From Gammaproteobacteria bacterium (lineage in GTDB: Bacteria; Pseudomonadota; Gammaproteobacteria; GCA-002705445; GCA-002716945): a DNA stretch of 64,000 nucleotides. A model generated the notes under the pieces. That model was given only the letters and a program-made list of their open reading frames with translations. It had not been told where the DNA came from and searched no databases. The DNA is taken from the NCBI GenBank assembly GCA_045561295.1, contig JBJKYD010000012.1:1-64000 (forward strand). Direction: 5' to 3'. The position numbers and the translations under genes were made by a program. Positions 1 through 10,063 of the stretch are shown here, one piece after another. Within the stretch, counting starts at the first letter, position 1; every line of letters begins with the position of its first letter.

Positions 1-70
1 CCCCGACATATTTAGTGTTAGAAGTTTTACAAGAGATTTTGAGCAGACGCTTTTAAAATGCTTTAGCTAA
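1..70 (+). CDS. 3' end of a gene entering from the left; possibly a TPR/O-GlcNAc transferase (GT41)-like C-terminus
   Basis: Frame from nt 2 reads PDIFSVRSFTRDFEQTLLKCFS*, resembling the LFDxxxFTRDxE tail of SPINDLY-like proteins; only 22 codons visible. Confidence 0.3.
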   Translation, partial: PDIFSVRSFTRDFEQTLLKCFS

Positions 71-860
71 CATTTTTTACTTTATCAATTATCATGATCG
101 TATCTTTAGTGATATCGACATCATGGACTCTAAGATATGTAACTCCTCGTAGTGAACTTACTGCAAATGTTGCAAGATTAGCTACCTTTAAATCGTCTTT
201 AGTTTCAATGCCATCAAATAATTTGCTTGAAAATCTCTTATTGCTACTTCCTATACAAATATTGGTATGGATAGATTTTAGTACATTTATATTTTCTAGA
301 ATTTTAATATTATCATCACCTGATTTTCCAAAACCTATACCAGGATCAATAATTATCTTTTCTTTGTCTATACCCTGATCAATACATGATTTAATTCGTT
401 CATTAAAAAAAATATTTAATTCATCAAGCACATCATTATATTTTTTATTCAAACCTTTTTGATGCTCTGCAGGCATGTGAGTCATAATATAATTACATTT
501 TAGATGCGATACAGTTTTGAGCATATTCATGTCATGAAACCCTGATGATACATCGTTTACAAATAAAATATTCTGACTAGAGAAAGCGTTAATGACTTCA
601 CTAGATCTAGTATCAATACTTATTTTAATATCATGATTTTTATTAATAAATTCAATAATAGGTGCAAGTGTATTAATCTGAGTATCTGCACTTACATCCG
701 AGAAGCCTGATCTTGTGGACTCTGCCCCGATGTCAATTATATCAGCACCTTGTGTTATCATTTCTGAAATATGTTTTTTAGCAGATTCAAGATCATAGTA
801 CATTCCGCCATCAGAAAAGCTATCAAGAGTAAGATTAAGAATTCCAATTATTTTTGTCAT
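63..860 (-). CDS. folP: Dihydropteroate synthase
   Basis: GILNLTLDSFSDGG, IDIGAESTR, ISIDT, DPGIGFGK, LRVHDV motifs. Confidence 0.95.
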   Translation of the reverse strand: MTKIIGILNLTLDSFSDGGMYYDLESAKKHISEMITQGADIIDIGAESTRSGFSDVSADTQINTLAPIIEFINKNHDIKISIDTRSSEVINAFSSQNILFVNDVSSGFHDMNMLKTVSHLKCNYIMTHMPAEHQKGLNKKYNDVLDELNIFFNERIKSCIDQGIDKEKIIIDPGIGFGKSGDDNIKILENINVLKSIHTNICIGSSNKRFSSKLFDGIETKDDLKVANLATFAVSSLRGVTYLRVHDVDITKDTIMIIDKVKNVS

Positions 861-1774
861 AAGTTTTTTTGTTTATAAATATAAATTTCATCTTTTAAAT
901 CAATTGTCATTAAGTCTTTAGCAATTAGTACCTTATGTTTAGTATTTTTTTTGATCTCATTTAATATTTGTTCATCTGATGAGCCATCTAAGGATAAAAC
1001 ATGATTCAGGATTGTAAGTCTGGGCTTTACAGTATTTATAATCTTTGAAACTTGAGATGCATCAGTGTGATAAGAAATAACTCCTTTTGCTTTAGGATAT
1101 TTTTCTAATGTATGCTCTGATGCATGAGCTATTTCATGAATTAATAAATCACAATTTTTTGTTTTTTCTATTACTTGCTCAGAATATGTCGTATCACCAG
1201 ATATCACCATACAATATTTACTATTAAAAATTTTGAATCCAAATGCGTATGTAAATGGCTCATGTTTAACTGCAAATGTTTCAATTGTTAATCCATTTTT
1301 CTTGTATATAAAATCATCATAGATAATTTCTATATTTGATTTAAGATTTTCTACATTCAAACTTTCTGGAGGAAGGCTTCTTACTTTAATGTCTTCTTCA
1401 AATGATTTGATTGTGCTATCTACAAAATTGATTGTACCTGGAGGTCCAAAAATATTGAGTGGTTTTTGTCTATGATAGACCCATCCAGTCATTAAAATAT
1501 CGGAAAACCCAAGTATATGATCTGAATGCAGGTGAGTAAAAAAAATATTTTCGATTTCATTAGGCAATATGCGTGATTGATTTAATCTAAGAAGCGCTCC
1601 TCTACCCGCATCAAAAAGGAATTTATCATTTTTGTGTTCTATAAGAATTGATTGTGAAAATCTATCAATATTTACTCTTGGTGTTCCGCTTCCCAAGATA
1701 GTCACCTTTATAATATCCGCATAGATATTGCTTGATAAAATAATTAGGAATAAAAAAAGAAATATTCTCATCAT
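857..1774 (-). CDS. Secreted MBL-fold metallohydrolase (RNase Z/AtsA arylsulfatase-like)
   Basis: Signal peptide, ILGSGTP, LFDAG, THLHSDH, ISGDT, LLIHE. Confidence 0.8.
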   Translation of the reverse strand: MMRIFLFLFLIILSSNIYADIIKVTILGSGTPRVNIDRFSQSILIEHKNDKFLFDAGRGALLRLNQSRILPNEIENIFFTHLHSDHILGFSDILMTGWVYHRQKPLNIFGPPGTINFVDSTIKSFEEDIKVRSLPPESLNVENLKSNIEIIYDDFIYKKNGLTIETFAVKHEPFTYAFGFKIFNSKYCMVISGDTTYSEQVIEKTKNCDLLIHEIAHASEHTLEKYPKAKGVISYHTDASQVSKIINTVKPRLTILNHVLSLDGSSDEQILNEIKKNTKHKVLIAKDLMTIDLKDEIYIYKQKNL

Positions 1775-1799
1775 AGTATTGTAATATAATTAATCACGT

Positions 1800-2666
1800 A
1801 TGGATAATAAAAACAAAATTGACCTTACAAAATCAAAAAGGCCAGAAACTTCTGAGATTAAAGTTACAGATGAGTATAACTCTGACAGATCTTTTCCAAT
1901 TACGGGTGAATTGCCTCTTACAATCTACTTAGATAAAAAAGAGATTGTTACATTAATGACTCTAGGACATTATCCTGAAGCGCTAGTGATTGGTTATCTT
2001 AGAAATCAAGGCATTATTAATGATATTACTCAACTAGAGTCTGTTCATGTAGATTGGTCTGTAAACTCTGCAGCTGTAACGACAAAAGGATTAGATCTTG
2101 CAAAGGTTAAGAATAAACTAAAACATAAAGTTGTCACCTCCGGTTGTGGGCAAGGAACAACATTTGGAGGAATAATGGATGAGCTCAAAGAAAAAAAAGT
2201 AAGCTCATTTAATATCAAACAATCAACAATATATAAACTTTTAAAACTTCTTCATGACAAAAATGAAATTTACAGAAAATCAGGGGCAGTTCACGGATGT
2301 GCACTGTGTAGTCAAGATAAAATATTAGATTTTGTAGAAGATGTTGGAAGACATAATGCTGTAGATGCAATTGCAGGCAATATGTGGCTGAATGACATCC
2401 AAGGTGAAGGAAAAATATTTTATACCACAGGTAGATTAACATCAGAGATGGTGATTAAAGTTGCTCAAATGAATATCGGTGTTCTGTTATCACGATCAGG
2501 TATTACAGAGATGGGTTTAAATGTTGCCAGAGAGACAAATGTAATCTTACTTGGCAGAGCAAAGGGCAAACATTTCTTAATTTACAATGGTAAAGAACAT
2601 ATAAAATTTGATTCTATACCAGAACCTAGACCTGAGGGAGCTACAGATGTGTGGAAAAGAAGATGA
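1800..2666 (+). CDS. fdhD: Formate dehydrogenase accessory sulfurtransferase FdhD
   Basis: TSGCGQG, GAVHGCAL, EDVGRHNAVD, TTGRLTSEMVIK. Confidence 0.92.
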   Translation: MDNKNKIDLTKSKRPETSEIKVTDEYNSDRSFPITGELPLTIYLDKKEIVTLMTLGHYPEALVIGYLRNQGIINDITQLESVHVDWSVNSAAVTTKGLDLAKVKNKLKHKVVTSGCGQGTTFGGIMDELKEKKVSSFNIKQSTIYKLLKLLHDKNEIYRKSGAVHGCALCSQDKILDFVEDVGRHNAVDAIAGNMWLNDIQGEGKIFYTTGRLTSEMVIKVAQMNIGVLLSRSGITEMGLNVARETNVILLGRAKGKHFLIYNGKEHIKFDSIPEPRPEGATDVWKRR

Positions 2667-2673
2667 TATCTTT

Positions 2674-3441
2674 TTAGATAAGTTGGTTTACAACTTTGCC
2701 AATTGAACTTACAGAAACAGTTACTGTTTCACCCGAAACAATTGGACCTAATCCTGAATTGGTGCCACATGCGATTATGTCACCTGGATTTAGAGTCATG
2801 TCATGTGAGAGATAGCTTACAATCTCATAAACATTAAAAAACATATCGCTTGTGTTATAATCTTGTTTTATATCTCCATCCACAGTGGTTGTGATAGTAA
2901 GAGACATTGGGTCAATGTCATCGGTAATGCAAGGTCCAAATATTCCAAACGTGTCATAGCTTTTCGATCTTGTCCATTGATCGAATGTTGGGTCTTTTTT
3001 TACAAGATCCATAGCAGTGACATCATTGATACAGGTGTAACCAAAAATATAATATTCAGCATCTGATACATCTATATCCTTACAGCTTCTTCCTATGACT
3101 ATGCCAAGTTCACCTTCGAAAAAAATATTCTCATTGTAGGTTTTTGGACGAATGATGTTCTCGCCTTGATCAATAATACAAGATATTGCTTTATTTAAGT
3201 AAAGTGGATTATTTGGCTTTGACAAACCCTTCTCTGTTGCTAACGATTGATAGTTATTCCAAAGCGCTATCATCTTAGAGGGTTTGCATGGATTAATTAT
3301 AGTTACATCTTCGAGTTTAAGCTTAAGGTTTGATTTAATAGGATCATTAAATATATTGCCCTCGTAGACAGTAATATCATTCCCATCTAGGATTCCGAAT
3401 GATTCTTTATTGTTTTCTGTAAATCTTATCCAGTGTGACAT
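2674..3441 (-). CDS. Fumarylacetoacetate hydrolase family protein
   Basis: EGELGIVIG, GYTCINDVTA, KSYDTF, TLNPGDIIACGT. Confidence 0.9.
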   Translation of the reverse strand: MSHWIRFTENNKESFGILDGNDITVYEGNIFNDPIKSNLKLKLEDVTIINPCKPSKMIALWNNYQSLATEKGLSKPNNPLYLNKAISCIIDQGENIIRPKTYNENIFFEGELGIVIGRSCKDIDVSDAEYYIFGYTCINDVTAMDLVKKDPTFDQWTRSKSYDTFGIFGPCITDDIDPMSLTITTTVDGDIKQDYNTSDMFFNVYEIVSYLSHDMTLNPGDIIACGTNSGLGPIVSGETVTVSVSSIGKVVNQLI

Positions 3442-3483
3442 TTTGGTATATAATTTATTAGTGGATGTATTCTAAACGAATTA

Positions 3484-4491
3484 ATGAATAAAAAAAAGCC
3501 AAGAATTTTAATAATTAGATGTGGGTTATTAGGAGACACTATTGACTCAACTGCAGTTGTGAAACCATTAATAGATTATTTCGGTGATGAATTAACTATT
3601 GATTGGCTCACCAAGCCTAATCTAATAGATTTATTTAAATATGATTCACGAATTTCGCCTATAGTATTAAAGTTTACGAAGTTGCCACTTCTAATTAATT
3701 TCGGAAAATTAAAAATCATATTTAAATCCTATTTAAATCCATATGATGCTGTGATTAATTTAGAAGTTGGTTCAAAATTTAAAAATTTTGCGCGATTAAT
3801 AAAATCAAAGATTAAAGTTGGTCAACCTTATAAATACGTTGCAGAAAATAGAAAAAATGAACATAGAGTTAAACATCAGTTAAGGATACTACAATCATAT
3901 TTCAAAGACATTAATGCTGATGAATGTTATCCATACCTGATTGGATCAAATATCAATGTTGCTCGTGAGTATGGTATCAGTAATAAATATGTTGTGGTTT
4001 GTCCTTCAAATAGTAAGTTCAATAAAAAAAATCATAGGGGATATAGGGCTTGGCCATTAAGTAACTGGAGGAACCTGATTAAAAAGATTATTACTCAAAC
4101 AGCACTAGATGTAGTTATCACTGGCGGAAAAAATGAAAAAGAATTTATAGATCAACTCAATGTCCGAGATAGCAGGGTTCATAACTTATGCGGAAAGACT
4201 AGTCTACCAAACCTTTATGAAGTTATGAAAGATAGTGAATGTGTCATCGCTACTGATAGCGGCTCGGTGCATGTTGCAGGAGTCAGTTGTAAGAAGGTTG
4301 TTTCTCTTCATGGCCCAACTCCATTTAAAGAAACTGGACCCTATGGTAACTCCATGAATACAATTATCGAAGCAAATTTAAAGATGCCTTGCTCTCCTTG
4401 CTACAATACAAGCAGAATCACATCATGCCCCGAAAATAAGTGTATGATTGATTTATCTCCAGATAGAGTTCTGGCGTACATACTTAAATGA
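3484..4491 (+). CDS. Glycosyltransferase family 9 (heptosyltransferase-like)
   Basis: LGD N-terminal motif, RAWP, LCGKTSL, TDSGSVHVA, GPT, C-terminal CSPC...C...C. Confidence 0.85.
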   Translation: MNKKKPRILIIRCGLLGDTIDSTAVVKPLIDYFGDELTIDWLTKPNLIDLFKYDSRISPIVLKFTKLPLLINFGKLKIIFKSYLNPYDAVINLEVGSKFKNFARLIKSKIKVGQPYKYVAENRKNEHRVKHQLRILQSYFKDINADECYPYLIGSNINVAREYGISNKYVVVCPSNSKFNKKNHRGYRAWPLSNWRNLIKKIITQTALDVVITGGKNEKEFIDQLNVRDSRVHNLCGKTSLPNLYEVMKDSECVIATDSGSVHVAGVSCKKVVSLHGPTPFKETGPYGNSMNTIIEANLKMPCSPCYNTSRITSCPENKCMIDLSPDRVLAYILK

Positions 4492-4494
4492 TTA

Positions 4495-4725
4495 TCACTT
4501 CTTGTTTATGAATCTAGTAATATGAGATAGGGTTGATTCCGTATCATTTTTCCTAAAACCTTTATCGGTTATGTCTTCAGAAAGATCTTTAATGATGTTG
4601 TTTATTTTTTCTGACAGTTTTGAATATTTACCTAAATCTCTTATGAGCAGTATAACTATAAACACGAGTATTGGAAACATTACGAGTGATGTGATGGTGT
4701 AAGCATTTATAAATAAATCATACAT
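4495..4725 (-). CDS. Small single-TM hypothetical protein
   Basis: 76 aa, one hydrophobic helix, overlaps upstream gene stop. Confidence 0.6.
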   Translation of the reverse strand: MYDLFINAYTITSLVMFPILVFIVILLIRDLGKYSKLSEKINNIIKDLSEDITDKGFRKNDTESTLSHITRFINKK

Positions 4726-5533
4726 CCTTTTTTGCTGCCTCTAATTGTTCAACCTTCTTTTGCATCAATTTATCAACACTGCTTTCTAAGGAACGATTCA
4801 TGTCCCTAGCCTTTTTAAGATTTATCGAATTGCTTTCAAAATCTTTCCAAACTTGAATTCTCTTTTTTAATATATCTAAGCTCACTTCATGATAGTACCT
4901 TTGCAAGCGTGTCATTTTTTGTGCGAAAGGTCCTAGAATATCATGTCTTGCATCATATCTGCATTGAAGATGGTCAGAAGACTCGGTGATTGCCATACCT
5001 TTTTTTGCAAGTTCATTAAGTAATATTTTTCCAGTTTCGGAAAATTCACATTGTATCATTTGATTATATGATTGGTTTCTCGCTTCAGAAAATGTGTACT
5101 CAGGAAATTGATAAATAATATCATCAGAAATAACTTTCCCATTATTAGCAATATCATGATCAAGATTTGTGCTAAGAATCACTTTAATCTCGTTATTTCC
5201 TACCGGTAATATTTTAACAAAATGATACTCACTATAAATTCTACTTACGTAATCTCCATTAATATATAACTTGCCATATCCTTCCGATGGCTCATTATTT
5301 TCCATATTCTTTTCAGGGGTGAAAGTAAAATTTTTGACTTGAGTTCTTACTTGATAAAAAGGTTTATTTTTAATAAGTGTGATTTTAACAGATGGTATAT
5401 TCTGATTTTTTACTTCGACTTTAGGATTATAGTATTCTTTCCAAAACTTTATTCTTTCTTCATTATCCTCATGAGCATATGCTGAAGTGATTAGTATTAT
5501 TAAAAAAGAAAAGTGGAGGATAATTTTTTTCAT
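4718..5533 (-). CDS. Secreted hypothetical protein, beta-rich N-domain plus helical C-domain
   Basis: Signal peptide ending SAYA; NFTFTPE...EGYGKLYING...RIY...LPVG.NEIKVIL. Confidence 0.7.
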   Translation of the reverse strand: MKKIILHFSFLIILITSAYAHEDNEERIKFWKEYYNPKVEVKNQNIPSVKITLIKNKPFYQVRTQVKNFTFTPEKNMENNEPSEGYGKLYINGDYVSRIYSEYHFVKILPVGNNEIKVILSTNLDHDIANNGKVISDDIIYQFPEYTFSEARNQSYNQMIQCEFSETGKILLNELAKKGMAITESSDHLQCRYDARHDILGPFAQKMTRLQRYYHEVSLDILKKRIQVWKDFESNSINLKKARDMNRSLESSVDKLMQKKVEQLEAAKKDV

Positions 5534-6084
5534 CTAGGGTCTATAGTATCAAAATGAATAGAGAAATTCCCTTTTTTCTTATCTTCATAATAAAGTCTTA
5601 ATGTATTCTCAATAACAGTGAAAGCTATATCATCCCATGGAATTTCTGACTCTGAAAATAATTCTACTTCTTCACTCTCTGGTCCAGGCGAATATTTACC
5701 ATCTAGAAGCTTACCTAGATACATCATGTAAATTTGACTAATATGTCGTAAGTCGCACATATAAAATAGTTTAATACTATCAGATTTTGCATTCGCTTCT
5801 TCGAGTGTCTCTCTTAGCGCACCCTCGGCAACTGTTTCATTGTTTTCTAGGAAACCAGCAGGAAGTGTCCAATAACCCGATCTAGGTTCAGTAGCTCTTT
5901 TACACAGAACTATTTTATCTTCCCACTCTAATATACAGCCTGATACAACTTTTGGATTTTGATAGTGGATGTGTCCACATACTGTACAAATAGCTCTTTC
6001 TTTATTATCCCCCTCTGGGATTTTAAATTCTGTCGGAGAACCGCAAACGATACAGAACTTTTGAATTGGTTTAGCTATAGACAT
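5530..6084 (-). CDS. Zinc-ribbon NUDIX hydrolase
   Basis: CxxC...CxxC, YQNP, Nudix box GFLENNETVAEGALRETLEEA. Confidence 0.9.
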   Translation of the reverse strand: MSIAKPIQKFCIVCGSPTEFKIPEGDNKERAICTVCGHIHYQNPKVVSGCILEWEDKIVLCKRATEPRSGYWTLPAGFLENNETVAEGALRETLEEANAKSDSIKLFYMCDLRHISQIYMMYLGKLLDGKYSPGPESEEVELFSESEIPWDDIAFTVIENTLRLYYEDKKKGNFSIHFDTIDPR

Positions 6085-6156
6085 ATAAAACAGTATCCTA
6101 ACATACCTATGCCTGTGTTTAGAAGGAATATAAAGCTATACTATGATTAGATAAGC

Positions 6157-6981
6157 TTAAGAGAGATATTTTGAATCTCTTTTCATTGTCTCATAAATTT
6201 CATTTGATAAATCAACATCATTAAATTTAGAGTTATAGTCATTTAAGTTGTGTAAATCATTAATAGTAACGTTAATGGTCTTATTGCGATTTTTGAGGAC
6301 CTCTCGAAATAAAAAATACTTTCTAAGTGAAAATGAAATCTTTGTAACTAACTGGAATAAATAACTTGATCTGCCATGAATATAAACCGGAAGTATTGGA
6401 CAGTTAAATGACTTAGATAATTTCACCGGCAGTGAACTCCACTTTGAATCTACAGGAGTATTAAATATTCCTGATGAACTTGAAACCTCACCTCCAGGAA
6501 ATATTACTAATGCACCACCATCAGTCAAATGAGAGTGAGCACGACGTATTGCAGATATGTTATTTGATTTCTCTTTTTTATCCAAAGTGTTAAGTTCTAA
6601 AGGAATAATTCGTTCACATATTTCAGGAATTTTTTGTAAAGCTTCATTTGCTAAAAACATATAGTCATCTCTGTAAAATGAAAGTATCTTGCCTAATAGT
6701 ATTCCATCTGTAATTCCATAAGGATGATTACAAACAACAATCAGTGATTCTTTTTCAGGGACCTCTACATTATTAAGATATTTTATATCGACATCAATAT
6801 TAAGTACCCTTAAAGCGGAAGACCACCAATTTTCGTCTTTATCTTGTATTTTAGATTCACAATATATCTGATCAACAGTAGTTACGCCTATAAGTCTCTC
6901 AAGAAACTTGAAAAATCCTCTTTTAATAGGATTTTTTTCGAATGTTGCTATGGATAGTTTATTATGGATATTATTTTGCAT
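6157..6981 (-). CDS. Lysophospholipid/lyso-aminolipid O-acyltransferase (PlsC superfamily)
   Basis: NHPYGITD (HX4D), IFPGGEVS, ILPVY. Confidence 0.8.
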   Translation of the reverse strand: MQNNIHNKLSIATFEKNPIKRGFFKFLERLIGVTTVDQIYCESKIQDKDENWWSSALRVLNIDVDIKYLNNVEVPEKESLIVVCNHPYGITDGILLGKILSFYRDDYMFLANEALQKIPEICERIIPLELNTLDKKEKSNNISAIRRAHSHLTDGGALVIFPGGEVSSSSGIFNTPVDSKWSSLPVKLSKSFNCPILPVYIHGRSSYLFQLVTKISFSLRKYFLFREVLKNRNKTINVTINDLHNLNDYNSKFNDVDLSNEIYETMKRDSKYLS

Positions 6982-7831
6982 AATACCTTTTTACTCTATC
7001 GTCGATACTATGAATATCAACATAAGTAAAAACATCAATAGATCTAAACTCATAATCAATCACTGCTCCATCTCCGAACTTTGAACCTACATTTATATAA
7101 GCCTTAATTAAACTTGGCAGTGATTTGAATATTGACCTTTCTGTACCATGAAGGTTAAAGTCATCATACATTTTGCATTTAGATAACTTATCAACAGTTA
7201 GTGATATGTTATCTCTCGGGGTAACCATAATTTTTTTATCCATTAGATAATTTTGTTTAAGATAAGAGAGTTGAGGCATTATTTCATCAGGCTCAATTGT
7301 CCAAAAACTTGCACATCCTAATAGAACATCTATTTTTTCTTGCATGATATATTTATACAATCCCTTCCAAAGAAGTTTGAGTACTCCGGATTTTCTGTAC
7401 GCAGGGTGAATACAGGTGCGACCTAGCTCCAGAAAATTACTATATCCAATGTTTTTTTTAAAAAGATCTAAGTTAAAACACATGCTATTTGATGTGTAAC
7501 AGTTATCTAACTGAGAGGTAGATGAATACTTTATTACTCTATAAACACCAACAACCTTCTCGAGACTCAATGGTGTAGATTTAGCTTTGACAATAATATG
7601 AGTAGCATTTTCATCATATTGATCAAATTCTCTTTTAATTACTTGTCCTTTTAATTTTGTTGTAACTTTTAATTCTTTTTTAAAAATTTTGTATCTTAAG
7701 TGTTGTGCTTGGCTAGATTCTTTTACTGTCTCAGCCTCTTTAAATGAAAACTTAGGGTAGGTTTTGCTATGATCCAATAAATGGTTTGTAAGGTCTCTGC
7801 TTTTTTCTGTGATAGCCTCAAACACAAGCAA
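6971..7831 (-). CDS. olsB: GNAT N-acyltransferase, ornithine-lipid synthase OlsB-like (alternative GTG start at 7825)
   Basis: AQHLRYKIF, DQYD, VVGVYR, LELGRTCIHPAYR, LLWKGL, LGCASF, PSLIKAY, IDYEF.IDVF. Confidence 0.75.
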   Translation of the reverse strand: MLVFEAITEKSRDLTNHLLDHSKTYPKFSFKEAETVKESSQAQHLRYKIFKKELKVTTKLKGQVIKREFDQYDENATHIIVKAKSTPLSLEKVVGVYRVIKYSSTSQLDNCYTSNSMCFNLDLFKKNIGYSNFLELGRTCIHPAYRKSGVLKLLWKGLYKYIMQEKIDVLLGCASFWTIEPDEIMPQLSYLKQNYLMDKKIMVTPRDNISLTVDKLSKCKMYDDFNLHGTERSIFKSLPSLIKAYINVGSKFGDGAVIDYEFRSIDVFTYVDIHSIDDRVKRYYAK

Positions 7832-7903
7832 ATAGTAACTAAAAGTTATTAAAGAAATAAAAATATTTAATTTATTTTTATCTACATTTATGTGAAAGAT
7901 TTA

Positions 7904-8688
7904 TTACTGGTAGAATTCCTCTATGCCAAGATTTAACTGTTTGCTTTTTTCTCGCCAACTTATAATCTCAAAATTTCCATCATGATGTTCTACAATTGCT
8001 GTACAACTATCAACCCAATCACCATCATTCATATATATCATGTCATCAATTTCAATAATTTTTGCAGTATGAGTATGCCCGCAAATAACACCATCAAAAT
8101 TTCTGATTTGAGCTTGCCTAGCTACTTGAGACTCAAATTCATAAAGATACTCCAAATATCCTTTTGCTTTTTGTTTCAACATTCCCGAGAAACTCCAATA
8201 AGGGAGTTTTAATAATCGTCTCAGTCTATTGAGCTGTCTGCTTACCCATATAGCATAGTTATATGCTCTATCTCCGAAATAGGAGAGCCATGGATACTCC
8301 ATAAGGTTTTGTCGTAGTGATCTCCATGTGTGACTAGATATTTTCTCTTATCTATACCGTAGTGAACACACTCATCAACTATAGATATATCTCCAAAAGT
8401 TATATCATAAGTTAAATATTTTCTTAGGGCCTCATCATGATTTCCGAGAACGTATGTTACCTTGGTTCCCCGTTTTGCAGAGGTTAAAAATCTTCTGATA
8501 ATATTTGTATGCTCTTGAGGCCAATGAAATCCATTATTTACCTGCCAACCATCTACAATATCTCCTATCAAGTATAAGTTGTTCGATGTGTATCTTTTTA
8601 GAAAGCTTAGAAGTACATCAGCTTGACAGCCCTTTGTACCAAGATGTATGTCAGAAATAAATATCGATCGATAATCATGTGTTTCCAC
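7904..8688 (-). pseudogene. plcP: PlcP-type phospholipase C (LpxH-like metallophosphoesterase), split by a 1-nt frameshift (possibly an assembly error)
   Basis: ORF 8242..8688 has SDIHLG, GDIVDGW, GNHD, HGD; ORF 7904..8302 has CGHTH, YMNDGDWVDSCTAIVEH. One added nt near 8305-8310 joins them into 261 aa. Confidence 0.8.
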
Positions 8689-8694
8689 TGTGCA

Positions 8695-8750
8695 AGATTA
8701 CAAACGTAAAATGATAGACTGATTAAAGAATCTTTAAGTTTTTGTTAATT
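8695..8750 (-). promoter_or_regulatory. Pho box and -10 element of plcP
   Basis: Minus strand: AATTAAC / ACTTAAA / CTTTAAT / CTATCAT at 11-nt period (consensus CTGTCAT), 10 nt, TAATCT, 6 nt, GTG start. Confidence 0.6.
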
Positions 8751-9770
8751 CTGGCCAAATTTTGTTTTCACAAAATCTATAACAAGCTTGTGAGATTTGA
8801 TTCTAGAATCAGGGTTGTATTTAACGAATGCTCCTTTTACGGTACATGCTTCTATAAACTCTTTTCTTGATTGAAAATCATTGAGGGAATAAATATTAGT
8901 TTTACTGATTGTCTTTAAAGACTTATCTATAACAATGCTACAGATATCAGATTCATTTAATGTCGGTTGCCATGGAAGATATGCTCCTAATAAAAAAGCA
9001 TGGTTATCAAATCCATGGTAAGAATTAGCTAGCTGATGATATGAAATATTCTCACTCTCTCCAAATTCATTAAATAAATTCATACAATACTTTGCTGGAG
9101 TTATCTCATCCAGCTCACCACTAATTAATAATAAAGGAATGTCAGAAGGCTGATAATCTTCAAAAGAAATATCACAAAATGTGTATACTCCAGCTAAGAA
9201 TGACAGTTTAATGTTTGACGGAATATATTTATCATAAATTTTTTTATTCCTCAGTGAAAGAGCAGAAATGCCGCCTTTTGACCAACCAATATAGCCTACT
9301 TGACCATCTAGTCTATGACCGTAGTATTTCGTTAAGTGTTCCAATGTTGCAGTAATATCAGACAGCATCATCGCTTCAGAGACACTTACAAAGTCAAAAT
9401 CAATAGCGATATTTCTTGGGCTAAAATGGTCTATTATTACTACAGCGATGTCATTTGACAAAAAAATATCTTTATAGTCATGATGAAATTGAAAAATTCC
9501 ACCCGCCCCATGAGATATTATAATTATCGGCACCTTTTTAGATGTTTTTGGAAAATAAAAATGAGCAGGAATATTTAAATTTTGACTGGTAACATCAGAA
9601 TCATAATCATAAGTGTTCGATGAGGCAACACAAGCCGTAAAGACGTCGGATTGATGTACTGTATTTCCTTTACCGCGGTCAATGCAAGCATGATGAGGGT
9701 TAAAAACAGCTAACATAATCAAAAACCCTAAAAAAAGAAATAAAAATATTGTCCTTAGCACACCCTTCAA
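8745..9770 (-). CDS. Membrane-anchored dienelactone hydrolase-family alpha/beta hydrolase
   Basis: N-terminal TM, HGAGG, GWSKGG nucleophile elbow, GELDEITP, YHGFD. Confidence 0.8.
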   Translation of the reverse strand: MKGVLRTIFLFLFLGFLIMLAVFNPHHACIDRGKGNTVHQSDVFTACVASSNTYDYDSDVTSQNLNIPAHFYFPKTSKKVPIIIISHGAGGIFQFHHDYKDIFLSNDIAVVIIDHFSPRNIAIDFDFVSVSEAMMLSDITATLEHLTKYYGHRLDGQVGYIGWSKGGISALSLRNKKIYDKYIPSNIKLSFLAGVYTFCDISFEDYQPSDIPLLLISGELDEITPAKYCMNLFNEFGESENISYHQLANSYHGFDNHAFLLGAYLPWQPTLNESDICSIVIDKSLKTISKTNIYSLNDFQSRKEFIEACTVKGAFVKYNPDSRIKSHKLVIDFVKTKFGQN

Positions 9771-9809
9771 TATATCTTATTTATATTATCTTTTTATTAA
9801 ATATCTCTG

Positions 9810-9815
9810 TATAAT
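9810..9815 (+). promoter_or_regulatory. -10 element for tRNA-Glu
   Basis: TATAAT 14 nt upstream of the tRNA 5' end. Confidence 0.45.
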
Positions 9816-9829
9816 ATTCGAATTGTTAA

Positions 9830-9902
9830 GTCCCCATCGTCTAGAGGCCTAGGACACTGCCCTTTCACGGCGGCAACAGGGGTTCGAATCCCCTTGGGGA
9901 CG
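9830..9902 (+). tRNA. tRNA-Glu(TTC); CCA not encoded
   Basis: GTCCCCATCGTCTAGAGGCCTAGGACACTGCCCTTTCACGGCGGCAACAGGGGTTCGAATCCCCTTGGGGACG; acceptor stem, TTC anticodon, GGTTCGAATCC T-arm. Confidence 0.97.
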
Positions 9903-9957
9903 AAGTCAAGCTCTGAATACACAATAAAATAAAGACTTGTAAGACAATCATCAATTG

Positions 9958-9979
9958 CAACCCAACACCCAACCCAACA
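9958..9979 (+). repeat. Tandem CAACCCAACA x2 (12-nt period), left arm-type sites
   Basis: Exact copies at 9958-9967 and 9970-9979. Confidence 0.85.
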
Positions 9980-10063
9980 ACAGACATTAGTTTAAACATA
10001 TTTTGTGAAGAAAGCTGTGCGAATTTGTTAATGTTATTTTTAAATTTATATATAATTATAGAT

